A stretch of DNA of 64,000 nucleotides from NCBI RefSeq assembly GCF_009914755.1, contig NC_060933.1; one strand, 5' to 3'. The translations under genes were made by a program, and so were the position numbers. The DNA is from the human T2T-CHM13v2.0 reference genome, Homo sapiens. This document shows, one piece after another, positions 49,681 through 64,000 of this stretch; the first letter of the stretch is position 1; every line of letters begins with the position of its first letter. The notes beneath the pieces were generated by a model. That model was given only the letters and a program-made list of their open reading frames with translations, did no database searches and was not told where the DNA came from.

Positions 49681-50077
49681 TTTCAGGAAAATATGTTTTT
49701 AGAAAAATACCAAGAGGCACTGCTTTGGGGTACAAAGTGGGACTGTGAGGCATGATCCCACAGGGGAAAAGGAAGCAAAAAAACATGTTCACATTTTCAC
49801 CTTCATAGAATCAGAAATTTGAGAGCACAATTCAAGAATAAAGGAGACAAGCAAAAAACATGGCAGGAAATGACCAACTGACTTTTTACAAACAGGGGTA
49901 TCTAATATTCAGAGTTATATTTTTTTTGTGTGCTCCAATAGAATCCTTTGTGTCATTGCAAGCCATCAGTAAAATCTTATATGTGTACAAACACCTCATG
50001 GGAACATGTGTGTGCGTGTGTGTGTTTAAGTCAAGAAAAAAGGCTCTGTTCTATTTGTAGGTCAATAAGATACAAAA

Positions 50078-50446
<369 letters not shown>

Positions 50447-51039
50447 TCACTAGAGAGCATAGTTACCCAGGAATTCACAGAAACCTTGGGGAGGGCATTG
50501 GAAATTCCAGATTGTGCAATGAGAGCATTGGATCCATTTTGTCTAGCTTTCCTGGGGTCAATGCAGATTGACTTCAACTACGAGGTCTTCAGGCTTAACC
50601 ACTGCCAACCCATAGAGTCATGTATAGAGATGTAAAACAGTGGTAAGAATAAAGAAGAGACACCAAGAAATTACATTGCTTTCCAGGGTTTTCCTCTGTC
50701 TTCTATGCAATTTTTAGTGCAATTCTGCTAATATATCTTTTCTCCTCCTCTGTACCTCCTTTATAGGATATAATGGTTTCAGTGGTCAGTCACATAGAAT
50801 GCCACTCTTCAGACTGGGCTGAGAAAGTGTTATACATTATTTTTTTCCCATTCTGCAAACAAATCCTTGTTTTTAAATCTAACTGATTGGCATGGCTCTC
50901 ATAAACAACCACCTGTCTCAGACCCAGAATGCCTTATCTCTTCACTTATTCCAATTTCAACTGGTGTACTGAAGCTTTCTTCAATTAATAATAACAATAG
51001 TAATCTTTGTATGAATATCTACCTAAATTATTTCCCATG

Positions 51040-51215
51040 TATTATCTTCGAAAAGACCCAGTAACGCAGGCAGGGCAAGTATTAATATTGCAACCACTTA
51101 TAGATGAGAACATTTAAGTTTTGAGCGGACGGTATAAAGTCATGCTGTAAATGGTAGAGCCAGAATTTGAATCCAGATATTTAATGTTAAAAAGCCTCCC
51201 TTTTCCATTATACCG
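51040..51215 (-). mobile_element. MIR
   Basis: taaatggtagagccagaatttgaatccaga. Confidence 0.7.
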
Positions 51216-51467
51216 CTTTTCTAAGCCTCCTTCCACGTGGATCTAAATAGTCCATGATTCGGTGACTTTGGGAGCCACAAATATGTTTTAAGCAATGGCA
51301 GTATCTTTCTAGGGACCCTCCCTCAAGAAGTAGACCCTGAGACAAGGGTTTGAATGCAAATACAGACATACCTCAGAGATATTGCAGGTTCAGTCTCAGA
51401 CCATTGCAATAAAGCAAGTCACACATTTTTTTTCATTTCCCAGTACATATAAAAGTTATGTTTATAT

Positions 51468-52823
<1,356 letters not shown>

Positions 52824-52984
52824 TCTATTTTTGTCCTCACAGCATGCAGTCTACCCTGAAGTACCTCTAGAATTTTTCTATCAGGAGGGATTACGACAGC
52901 AATCTGGATGAAAATAGAGCCCAGGAAACTTGTCTTAAGAGATATGTGTGTATAGAAAGCACATTAAAACAAATCAACAAACAA
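52824..52984 (+). other. L1 3'-transduced sequence with ATTAAA and A-rich tail
   Basis: Lies between the L1 end and the second copy of the 17-bp TSD aaaagttatgtttatat (51451-51467 and 52985-53001). Confidence 0.8.
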
Positions 52985-53534
52985 AAAAGTTATGTTTATA
53001 TCATACTGTATTATATTAAGTATGCAATACCACTGTGCCTAAAAAAGCAATGTACATACCTTCATTTTAAAATATCTTGCTGCAAAAAAAAAAAAAAATC
53101 TTGTCGCTAAAAAAGGCTACCAATCATCCAAACCTTCAGCAAGTTGTAATCTTTTTGTTGGTGGAGGCTCTTATATCAGTGTTGATGGCTGCTAACCAGG
53201 ATGGTGGTTGCTGAAGGTTGGAATAGCTGTGGCAATTTCTTAAAGTAATAGTGGGGTTTGCTGCATCAGTTGATTCTTCCATTCAGGAAAGATTTCTCTG
53301 AAGCATAAGATGCTGTCTGATAGCATTTTCTCTATATAACTTCTTTCAAAATTGGTGTAAATGCTCTCAAACTCTGCTGCTGCTTTATTAACTAAGGTTA
53401 TGTCATATTTTAAATCCTTTGTTGTGTCATCTCAATAATGTTCACAGCATCCTTACCAGGAGGAGATTCCATCTCAAGAAACCACTTTCTTTGCTCATCC
53501 ATAAGAAGCAACACCTCAACTGTTCAAGATTGTG

Positions 53535-53851
53535 TTTTCTTTTTTGAGACAAGATCTTGCTCTGTTGCCTAGGCTGGAGTGCAGTAGTATGATCATGACT
53601 CACTGCAGCCTCCATCTCCTGGGCTGAAGCAATCCTCCTGCCTCAGCCTTCCAAGTAGCTGGGACTACAAGCACATGCTATCATACCCAGCTAATTTTTT
53701 AAAAAAAACTATTTTAATAGAGATAAGGTCTCACTATGTTGCCCAGGCATGTCTCAAACTCCTGAGCACAAGTGATCCTCCTGCCTCAGCCTCCTAAAGT
53801 GCTGAGATTACAGTCATGATTACTAGGATTACAGGGCCACTTCACCGGGCC
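53535..53851 (-). mobile_element. AluJ in Tigger1
   Basis: TSD ctgttcaag. Confidence 0.88.
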
Positions 53852-53871
53852 CTGTTCAAGTTTTATCATGA

Positions 53872-54346
<475 letters not shown>

Positions 54347-54771
54347 CCACAAATGTTCTTAGTGACATCCAGATTGGTGACTCCTTTCCAGAAGGTTTTC
54401 AATTTACTTTGCCCAGATTCACCAGATTTACTATCTATGGCAGCTATAGCCCTATAAAATGTATCTCTTAATAAGACCTGAAAGTCAAAATTATTCCTTG
54501 ATCCATGGGCTGCAGCTTGGATGTTGCATTAGCCACTATAAAAACACTAATCTCCTTGTACATCTCTATCGAGCTCTTAGGGTGCATTGACAATGCACAG
54601 TAACATTTTGAAAGAATTCTTTTTTTCTGAGCAGTAGGTCTCAAAAAATGGGCTTAAAATATCCAGTTATCAAGCTGTAAACAGATGTGCTATTATCCAG
54701 GCTTTGTTGTTCCATTGATAGAACATAGGCAGAGTAGATTTACATAATTCTTAAGTGCCCTAAGATTTCCA

Positions 54772-54827
54772 GAATGGTAAATGAACACTGGCTTCAACTG
54801 AATGGTAAATGAACACTGGCTTCAACT
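54772..54827 (+). repeat. Perfect 28-bp tandem duplication
   Basis: gaatggtaaatgaacactggcttcaact x2. Confidence 0.95.
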
Positions 54828-54849
54828 GAAAGTGACAAGCTACATTAGC

Positions 54850-55008
54850 TTTATATATATATTATATATTTATATATATAATATAATATTTATATATTAT
54901 ATATATTAGCTTTATATATAGCTATAAATATATATAATAAATATATATAAATAAATATATACATATATAAATAAATATATATAAATAAATATGTGTGTGT
55001 GTATGTAT

Positions 55009-55040
<32 letters not shown>

Positions 55041-55446
55041 CCCCCGAGACAGGATCATGTTCTGTCACCCAGGCTGGAGTACAGTGGTATAACCATAGCT
55101 CACTGTAGCCTTGAAATCCTGGACTCACGTCATCCTCTGGCTTCAGCCTCCTAAGTAGCTGGGACTACAGGCATACGCCATCACCTTCAACTAATTTTTT
55201 CTTTTTCTTTTTTGAGACAGAGTTTCACTCTGCTGCCCAGGCTGGAGGTAGTGGCGCGATCTCGGCTCACTGCAACCTCCGCCTTTGGGTTCAAGTGATT
55301 CTCCTGCCTCAGCCTCCCAAATAGCTGGGATTACAGGTGTGTACCACCATGCCCAGCTAATTTTTGTATTTTTGGTAGACAGGGATTACAGGCGTGAGCC
55401 ACTGCGCCTGGCTAATTTTTTCTGTCTTTTGCAGAAATAGGGTCTC
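54850..55446 (-). mobile_element. TA-rich tract plus AluJ with nested, internally deleted AluS; left arm lost
   Basis: AluJ right arm 55045-55200, AluS 55205-55412, AluJ stub to about 55446. Confidence 0.8.
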
Positions 55447-55779
55447 TAACCTGGATTAGGCTTTGGCCTAAGGGAATGTTGTGGCTGGTCTGATCTTTCT
55501 AGAACACTTAAAAAACTTTCTTCCTATGACCAATATGGTTGTTTCACTTTCTTATCCATGTATTCATTGGAGTATCACTTTTAATTATCTTCAAGAACTT
55601 TTGCCTTCCATTCATAACTTCTTAACTGTTGGGTACAAGAGACCTAGCTTTTAACCTGTCTTAGCCTTACACATACCTTCCTCACTAAGCTTAACAATTT
55701 CCAGCCTTTGATTTAACATGAAAGACTAATGACTCATCCTTTCACTTGAACAGTTAGAGGCCATTGCAGGGGTTTTTAC

Positions 55780-56304
55780 ATTATATATACATATATAAAA
55801 TATATAATATATATATAAAATACATATAATATATATGCTGCTTATATCAAAGGACTTTTAAATAATCCTATAATATACGTGAAAGGGCTCTTAAAATTGT
55901 AAAGCTATATTCTATTCCAATTATTATTAGAGAAAATGAGCATGATGTCTGTGTATAATATATATATATTATATATATGTATATATTATATATAGTATAT
56001 ATAGTAGTATATATAATCATATATTATATATACTATATATAATATATATTAAATATAGTATATATATTATATATAGTATATATATTATATATTATATAGT
56101 ATATATAGTATATATTATATATAGTATATATAGTCTATATATTATATATTGTATATAGTCTATATATTATATATATTACATATAGTCTATATATTATTAT
56201 ATATTACATATAGTATATATATTATTATATATAATATATAGTATATATTATATATACTATATATAATTTATATATTATTATATATATATATTATAATATA
56301 TATA
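55780..56304. repeat. TA-rich low-complexity tract (AluJ tail) containing a templated insert
   Basis: Near-pure TA/TATAG units either side of 55835-55957. Confidence 0.9.
55835..55957 (-). repeat. Inverted copy of 57466-57593
   Basis: Reverse complement aligns with 3 substitutions and 4-nt plus 1-nt indels. Confidence 0.95.
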
Positions 56305-56570
56305 TTGGAGACAAGGTCTTGCTCTGTCACCCAGGCTGGTTGTTGCCAACCTCTCTGCCTCCCAGGCTTAAGTGATCCTCTCACCTCAGCCTCCCAAGGA
56401 GCTGGGACTACAGGTGTGTGCCACCACACCTGGCTGATTTTGGGGTTTTTGGTAGAGACAGGGCTTTTCCACATTACCCAGGCTGGTCTTAAACTCCCAA
56501 GCTCATGTGATTTGCCCACCTCAACCTCCCAAAGTGATGGGATTACAGGCGTGAGCCACAGCACCTGGCC
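56305..56570 (-). mobile_element. AluJ in Tigger1
   Basis: Antisense dimer. Confidence 0.87.
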
Positions 56571-57826
56571 ATCGCAGTTATTAATTGGCCTAATTTCAAT
56601 ATTGTTATGTCTCAGGAAATAGGGAGGCCTGAGGAGAGGGAGAGAGATGAGGGAATGGCTGGTTGGTGGAGCAGTCAGGACACACACATTTATCCATGAA
56701 GTTTGCCATCTTAGTCATCTTATATGAGCGTGTTTCATGGCACCCCCAAACAATTACCATAATAACCTCAAAGATCACTGATTACAGATCACCATAACAG
56801 ATACAGTAATAATATGAAGTTTGACATATTGTAAGAATTACCAAAATGTGACACAGAGACACAAAATGAGCACATGCTGTTGGAAAAAATGACACCGATA
56901 GACTTGCTTGACGCAGGGTTGCCATGAACCTTCAATTTGTAAAAAACAAAAGCAGTATCTGCAAAGCACAATAAAGCAAAGCAAAATAAAATAAGTTGTC
57001 TCATTACACTTTATTTTAGGAGGTCTACAGTTTATTTTAGGCGATGAAGAAGATCCAGGAGAATGGGGAAATGTCAAGGAGGGAAAAGGCAACCAATAAA
57101 GTCTGAAATTAAGATAGCTAAGATTCTAAGTGACTGAAGCATAATCTTTGTAATCTCTCTGGGGAAACTCTGGGAACCTGTGAAGGACACGAAGCTCAGT
57201 TATCCCACCTGAAAGGCGAGGGAGCTGGGGTGTGCCTAAACTCCAGCCAGTCTTTGGTTAACGGCTGCTCCCAGTGAGTGTAATTCTGGCAATATTTCCG
57301 GCAGACTGGACAGCAAAACTGGCTCAGGTAGTGAGAGAAAGCCCTCAGGGAAGAAATACAAGTGCTGGCAGCTGGCAAGTGGGCCCGTGTGCACTGAAGT
57401 GGTACAGATTAAGGAATATGAGTGAGGCACCAAAGCATCTTCGTGGAAATTTCAATGGAACAGCCTATACACAGACATCATGCTCATTTTTCTCTAATAA
57501 TAAATAATTGGAATAGAATATAGCTTTACAATTTTAAGAGCCCTTTCACATATATTATAGGATTATTAAAAAGTCCTTTGCTATAAGCAGCATTATGAAT
57601 ATGGAAAAATCAGGGATAAAAATAAATTGGTCACTTGCATTGAATGCTCTCTAGAAAGTACAAATTTTATCTCCTGAGGATTATCATAAATTTAAAAGTT
57701 CTTGTTTTCTTACACCAAATTAATTATTCTAAATTACAGTCTTCCTTATTTTGAGAATTTTCAGACCTTTCTTTGGTGGGGCAGGCAAGGGAGTAGGGAA
57801 ACAGGAGCTGTGGGTGATGAAGACCA

Positions 57827-58117
57827 TTTTTTTCTTTTCTATGGAGTCTGGTTCTGTTGCCCAGACTGGAGTGCAGTGGCACAGTCTTGGCTCATTGCAA
57901 CCTCCGCCTCTCAGATTCAAGTGATTCTCATGCCTCAGCCTCCTGAGTAGCTGGGACTACTGGTGTGCACCACCACACCCGGCTAATTTTTGTATTTTTA
58001 GTAGAGACGGGGTTTCACCATGTTGGCCAGACTGGTCTCAAACTGCTGACCTTGTGATCCACCTGCCTCGGCCTCCCAAAGTGCTGGGATTACAGGTATC
58101 AGCCACTGCACTCGGCC
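57827..58117 (-). mobile_element. AluSg/Sc-like
   Basis: TSD tgatgaaga(c/g)catttt. Confidence 0.9.
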
Positions 58118-58811
58118 TGATGAAGAGCATTTTAAAACCCCAATCTAAAACCTCTTTTTCAGAACTATACAAGCTAGTATAGCACTTTATAACCTCATTT
58201 TAAAAAAAGATTAATTAGCTTCTGGAATCAGAAAACATAAACAACGTATGGATTAAGTCAAATCAATTCAAATCAATAAGTCAATTGCTATTCAGTTGTT
58301 CACTTATGTACATTTTACATCACATTATACAGTAGAATAAATATTTTCTTCGTAAAGTAGTGTAAATCAAAGTGTTTTTCCTTCCCCTTCTCCAAGGTCT
58401 GGTGAGATGAACTTACTTCAATGCAGCCACCACTGAAAAGTATGGAAAAGCTCCAGGAAAGTCATAAGTAGGAGATTTTCTGTTTATTAGCTTGTTTTTC
58501 AGGGCAGCTAAATGAATGGCAACTCTGGACAACCACTTTCAAGGGATTATCCCTAATGGATTAGACTGTTTTAAAAAACCCTCCTATCTAAATTCATTGA
58601 TTCCTGGTTAATGCAAAGGAGTGACTCTGCTGCCACTACACTTGAATGAGAAACTAATGACACAGATTATAAGAATTTAGTCAAGATACAGAGTTTCCTG
58701 TATGTCATATTTTTGTGTTATCATAAAGATAAATAAAATATTAAGACATTAAAAGTTTTACATTTAAAAATCTGCTTTAAAAGATATTAAATCTTATTAA
58801 TGTGCTAGTAA

Positions 58812-59381
<570 letters not shown>

Positions 59382-59852
59382 TAATTCTGACATAAGTGGA
59401 GAAGCACTGTGATTAAAAAATGCAATCAGGATTTTTTTTTTAAGGAAAACTGAGCACCAAGGATTTGCACTACAGATTAAATGTTTTCTGAAACCATGGG
59501 ATTTTCCTTTCAGCTGTTCCTTTGTTGTTTGTCTTGCCTTCATCCTTTCTAGTTTAAACATCAAAATGAAAACACAAAGGCAGCATGTTTGGGGACAATA
59601 GAATACATTTGGACTGAAAGTGTCATGAGAATGAGGCTGTACTGGACAGGACAAAAGGTGCACTTGCTCTCATTTGCTGTGGTTCACCAGGTGTGCCAGC
59701 TTCCTGGAGAACCATCACTTTAAGGTACTACAGGCCAAAGAAAAGAAATGGGCCAACTTTAATCAGAGTTCCACAGACTCAAGTGTTCACTGCTAATTCA
59801 CTTATAAATTGGCACATTATCAAAAATAAAAACTCCTCAAAAATTATCTACA

Positions 59853-59960
59853 AGTCCCAGCTACTTGGGAGGCTAAGGCAGCAGGAGGATCACTTGAGTT
59901 CAAGTCCAGGCTGGGCAACATACCAAGACCCTGTCTCTAAAAAAGAGAGGAAATAAAAAA
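59853..59960 (+). mobile_element. Truncated FLAM
   Basis: Monomer fragment. Confidence 0.78.
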
Positions 59961-60049
59961 AAGTAATTCATGGCCTGATACTTAATTGCTAGGTGTAGAT
60001 CCACCTATAGAACATAAACAATTCCTTATTTTTTTTTTACATTTCTTTA

Positions 60050-60190
60050 GGGCACTAAGTATTCCCAATTAAGATTATTATTTAATCTTCATAGTAAACC
60101 TCTAAGGTCAACAGAAAGGATAATTATCTACCTTTAACTGGTGATGAAACGGTGGCTCAGGGATTAATGTCTAACATTTCAAAAGCTACC
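60050..60190 (-). mobile_element. MIR
   Basis: tttaatcttcatagtaaacctctaaggt...gatgaaacggtggctcag. Confidence 0.6.
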
Positions 60191-61440
60191 CTTCATATCC
60201 CCCTTGTACTGTTAATTTTACTAGTTTCTTCTCTAATATAATAAAGATACATGAGGAAAACATAAAGTCACAGCTTTGAATTATAAGGCTATCGTATTGA
60301 TAGGATTGATTGCTTTCAAATAAGGCAACAAAATGGAAAAGTCTTATTTTTTTGGAACACGTTCTTTCTTTATGTTAATTCAATTTTCAGGAAGCTTTCA
60401 GTTACCAAGGAAGGGAAGGGTGCAGAGATAAAAATGAAAGACATATTCTCTGCCTTTCAGAGATGTCCAATCTAACAGATAAGAGAGCAGATAGCTTCTT
60501 AGAAGGTAGATCTATAATGCAGAAGGCCTTTGTTTCTGGGGGATCTTCTTCCTTTACAATACTCTGCATGGCACTCTTTGTTGAGAGAACTACCTAGAAC
60601 TGGGAGGATTAAAAGGGACAGTACACAGCAATATCTCTCATGTCTCACTCCAAGTACCGGAGTGAGGCTTTGAGGGAAAACACTGGGAAAGATCCAAACG
60701 ACTGGTGCAAACAGCTCTTATTAGGCTTTTCTTACATTCTTTTATATTCTTTTAATCATTATTATTATTATTTGCCTTTTTTCTCCTGGGAAGACCATGG
60801 CTTCTCTAAAGCACAAGAATGCCAAGTCCAAATGTGACCAAAATAAGGGCTTAAATAGTGCTAAAGACACCCTAGTCATACTCCCACCAATACAGCCTGT
60901 TTCCAGCATTTCAAACAACAGTTCCACACTATTTCTTCATACTCAAATTAACTATTAACCCAGAATCTTTTTTGTTTTTTTAATGTTATGCTCAGAGTAT
61001 CTCATGACTTGAAGTGTTCCTTAACTGGGTGTTTGGGCTACATTTATATCTACACTGCCTTCTAATTATGTATGTATTTGTCTGGAAGGATTTATTAGAC
61101 CTAAACTATTGCATGTTTCCTCCTATTCTGTTTCTGGTGTTGATTAACCTGTTCCTTCATTTTCAGAGTCACTCTAAGTTCTATTCTGTATCTCCCCAAT
61201 GTTTGCAACTGCTCAACTTTTTGTCTTTGTTCTCAAAGGGAACACTTCCATATTCATCATCTCAGTCAATGATGGTTATCAAACTACACTAAGCTCAAGG
61301 CTGATTGATGCATACTACCACTTCATATATTCCCCCTCAATTTCTCACATTGCTGATGAGTCATTTAGAAACCACTGACTCAACACTAGCAAAACTTGGG
61401 GATATATTGCTCTGGTTCTTGAAAATTCATGAATTCTTAA

Positions 61441-61986
<546 letters not shown>

Positions 61987-62149
61987 TAATAAGTTTAATT
62001 ATCAAGTTTCCTAGATCATCTGAGTAGAAATACACAAAAAGCAAGTTGGAGCAAAAGAAACAAACTCACAGTAGTTAAGTAGCAACAGCTGACAATATGA
62101 AAGGACAACAGAGGAAAGCAGAGAATAAACGTAAGAATCTAAAAAAGCA

Positions 62150-62960
62150 AAGCAGCCCGAGGTCCATTAACATAAGAGCAGCTGTAATCCTGTAGCCCTT
62201 GTGCTGAGTACCAGGAGAGAAAAGAAAATATTTGGAGAAATAATGGCAGAAAACTTTCCAATTTTATTAGAAAGCAATAACCTATACATCCAAGAAGCTT
62301 AATGAATGCTCCGGAAAAAAAGCAAAGATGCCCACAAGCAGATACTTTATAGTATAAATACTGAAAGTCAAAGACAAGGAGAAGTTTTAAAATCAGCAAG
62401 AGAAAAACAATGCATCATTTACAAAGGTACTTCAATAAGATTTAAGATTAACACCTTACTTCTCATCAGAAACCATGGAAGCCAGAAGGCAATGGGAAAA
62501 CATTTCATATGCTCAAAGAAAAAAGTAGGCAACCAAGAATCTTATATACAGTAAAGCTATCTTTCAAAAGCGAAGATGAAATAAATACTTTCCCAGATAA
62601 GCAAAACTGAGAATTTGTTAGCAGACTCATTTTACAATACTAAACGAAGTTCTTCAGGCTGAAATCAAGTGACCCTACAGAAATATGAATCTACGGGAAC
62701 AAACAACATTGATAATTATGTAATGATGAATGCATATTTTTCCTCCTTTAATTGATTTAAAAAAGCAATTTCAAATAATATGTATATAATGGATTGTTGG
62801 GCCTATATAACATATAGAAATGTAATGTATGTGTAGTATAATAGCACATAGGAAGTGAGTAAAAACAAAGCTGTAATGGGCTAAGGAAATGACTACAGAT
62901 GGTAAAGTAGTAACTATAACAATGCATTGTTGAGTTTTTAACATTAATATATTATGTAGG
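62150..62960 (+). mobile_element. Old L1M ORF1 and downstream fragment
   Basis: aaataatggcagaaaactttccaa, cttctcatcagaaaccatggaagccagaaggcaatgg. Confidence 0.82.
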
Positions 62961-63269
62961 CATTGCCTAAAAAGTACTTTAGACCTGTTACTCAGTGAGG
63001 GTAAGTTTCAGATATTATTATCCTATTCATTACACTCCCTATCAAAACAAAACACAAAATTCAATATTGCTCACCCAAATAAAGGAATCCTCCCCTCCTC
63101 CAGCTACTTTTATTTGCTGCTCTGATAGCCAGGCTAAAAACACATTTGAGAATTACTTCTCCTTTATCTATTCTTGAGTCTTATGATTTCAGAAGTCCAG
63201 AAGCCAGTTTCTGACAGTGAAAACCAGGAGACAGCAAAGAAATAGGTTTCCCCCCTTCTTTTCTACCAT

Positions 63270-63500
63270 AAAAAATAACACACCAACATAAAAGATACCT
63301 TTCTAAGTAGGTCAAGGAAAAAAACTCACCCATAATCCTATTGCCTCAACACAATCATTTGTTTCATTGTATTTATTTCCTTCTGCTTTTATTCCATAGA
63401 CACTTACATTTTATTTTACAGAGGTGTAATCATTTATACTCTCTTTTTCATTTAGGATTACACTGAATACTTTAGCAAGTTTAATTATCATTTTTGACAG
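63270..63500 (-). mobile_element. L1ME 3' end fragment
   Basis: aaaaaaactcacccataatcc motif. Confidence 0.5.
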
Positions 63501-64000
63501 CACCAGATATATTTAGGGATATATAAACTATTTTCTTTTGTCTCCCTCCCTTCTGCCCATTCTATTTCCCGGGGATGGGCCTTGAAGGCTTGGAGCCCAG
63601 ACTTCTAGACTTAAAAGAGCTCAAAAAGTAGCAAATTCTCACTTTGGTGAAGTAATATAGATGGCCTCTGACTTTACCAAAGTTATTAGGTGTTCAAATA
63701 GAAACACAAGTTTCATTTAAGATTCATAACATGAGAATGCTAATTATAAGTTTTGATTTATAGTCTATGAATTCACCATACATAGTGCCCCTATATTCGT
63801 AAACCTACCTGCTACCCTCTCTACTTCTTTTCTTCTTCAAAAACCAGAAGACTGAATCTACTTCAATATACTGCCTTAAGTAGTTGTTTTAGAGGAAAAA
63901 GAAATCCAAATTTTGAATTAATCAAGTACTACAGTGGCTGAAACTTGCATTTTATTAGGAGATAAAAATGATCTAAAAACAGCATTTCCCCATTTTTCTA

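Overview
Primate (human-like) genomic DNA: AT-rich, CpG-poor and dominated by interspersed repeats. I count about 60 Alu/FLAM/FRAM copies, plus L1, L2, MIR, ERV LTRs and DNA transposon fossils (Tigger1, MER2, MER5, MER53, MER63). I find no intact protein-coding gene, RNA gene, CRISPR array or prokaryote-type system, and nearly all ORFs in the track derive from Alu, L1 or low-complexity sequence. The one recognisable gene-derived feature is a processed pseudogene of GNPDA2 (6318-9315, +). It is bounded by a perfect 14-bp target-site duplication (TSD), is interrupted by five Alu-family insertions, and appears to copy an mRNA that skipped both the start-codon exon and the catalytic exon. Other notable structure: an L1PA 3' transduction inside a near full-length Tigger1, a 123-bp inverted copy of nearby sequence inside a (TA)n tract, several fold-back or patchwork insertions, chimeric, trimeric and tailless Alus, a convergent pair of CTCF motifs, and a speculative two-exon minus-strand transcript. 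I cannot claim a new biological system; the best leads are the splice-isoform fossil and the repair and retrotransposition scars. Repeat subfamily calls, GNPDA2 exon numbering and many boundaries come from by-eye recognition and recalled consensus sequences, so they are approximate and need RepeatMasker/BLAST confirmation.
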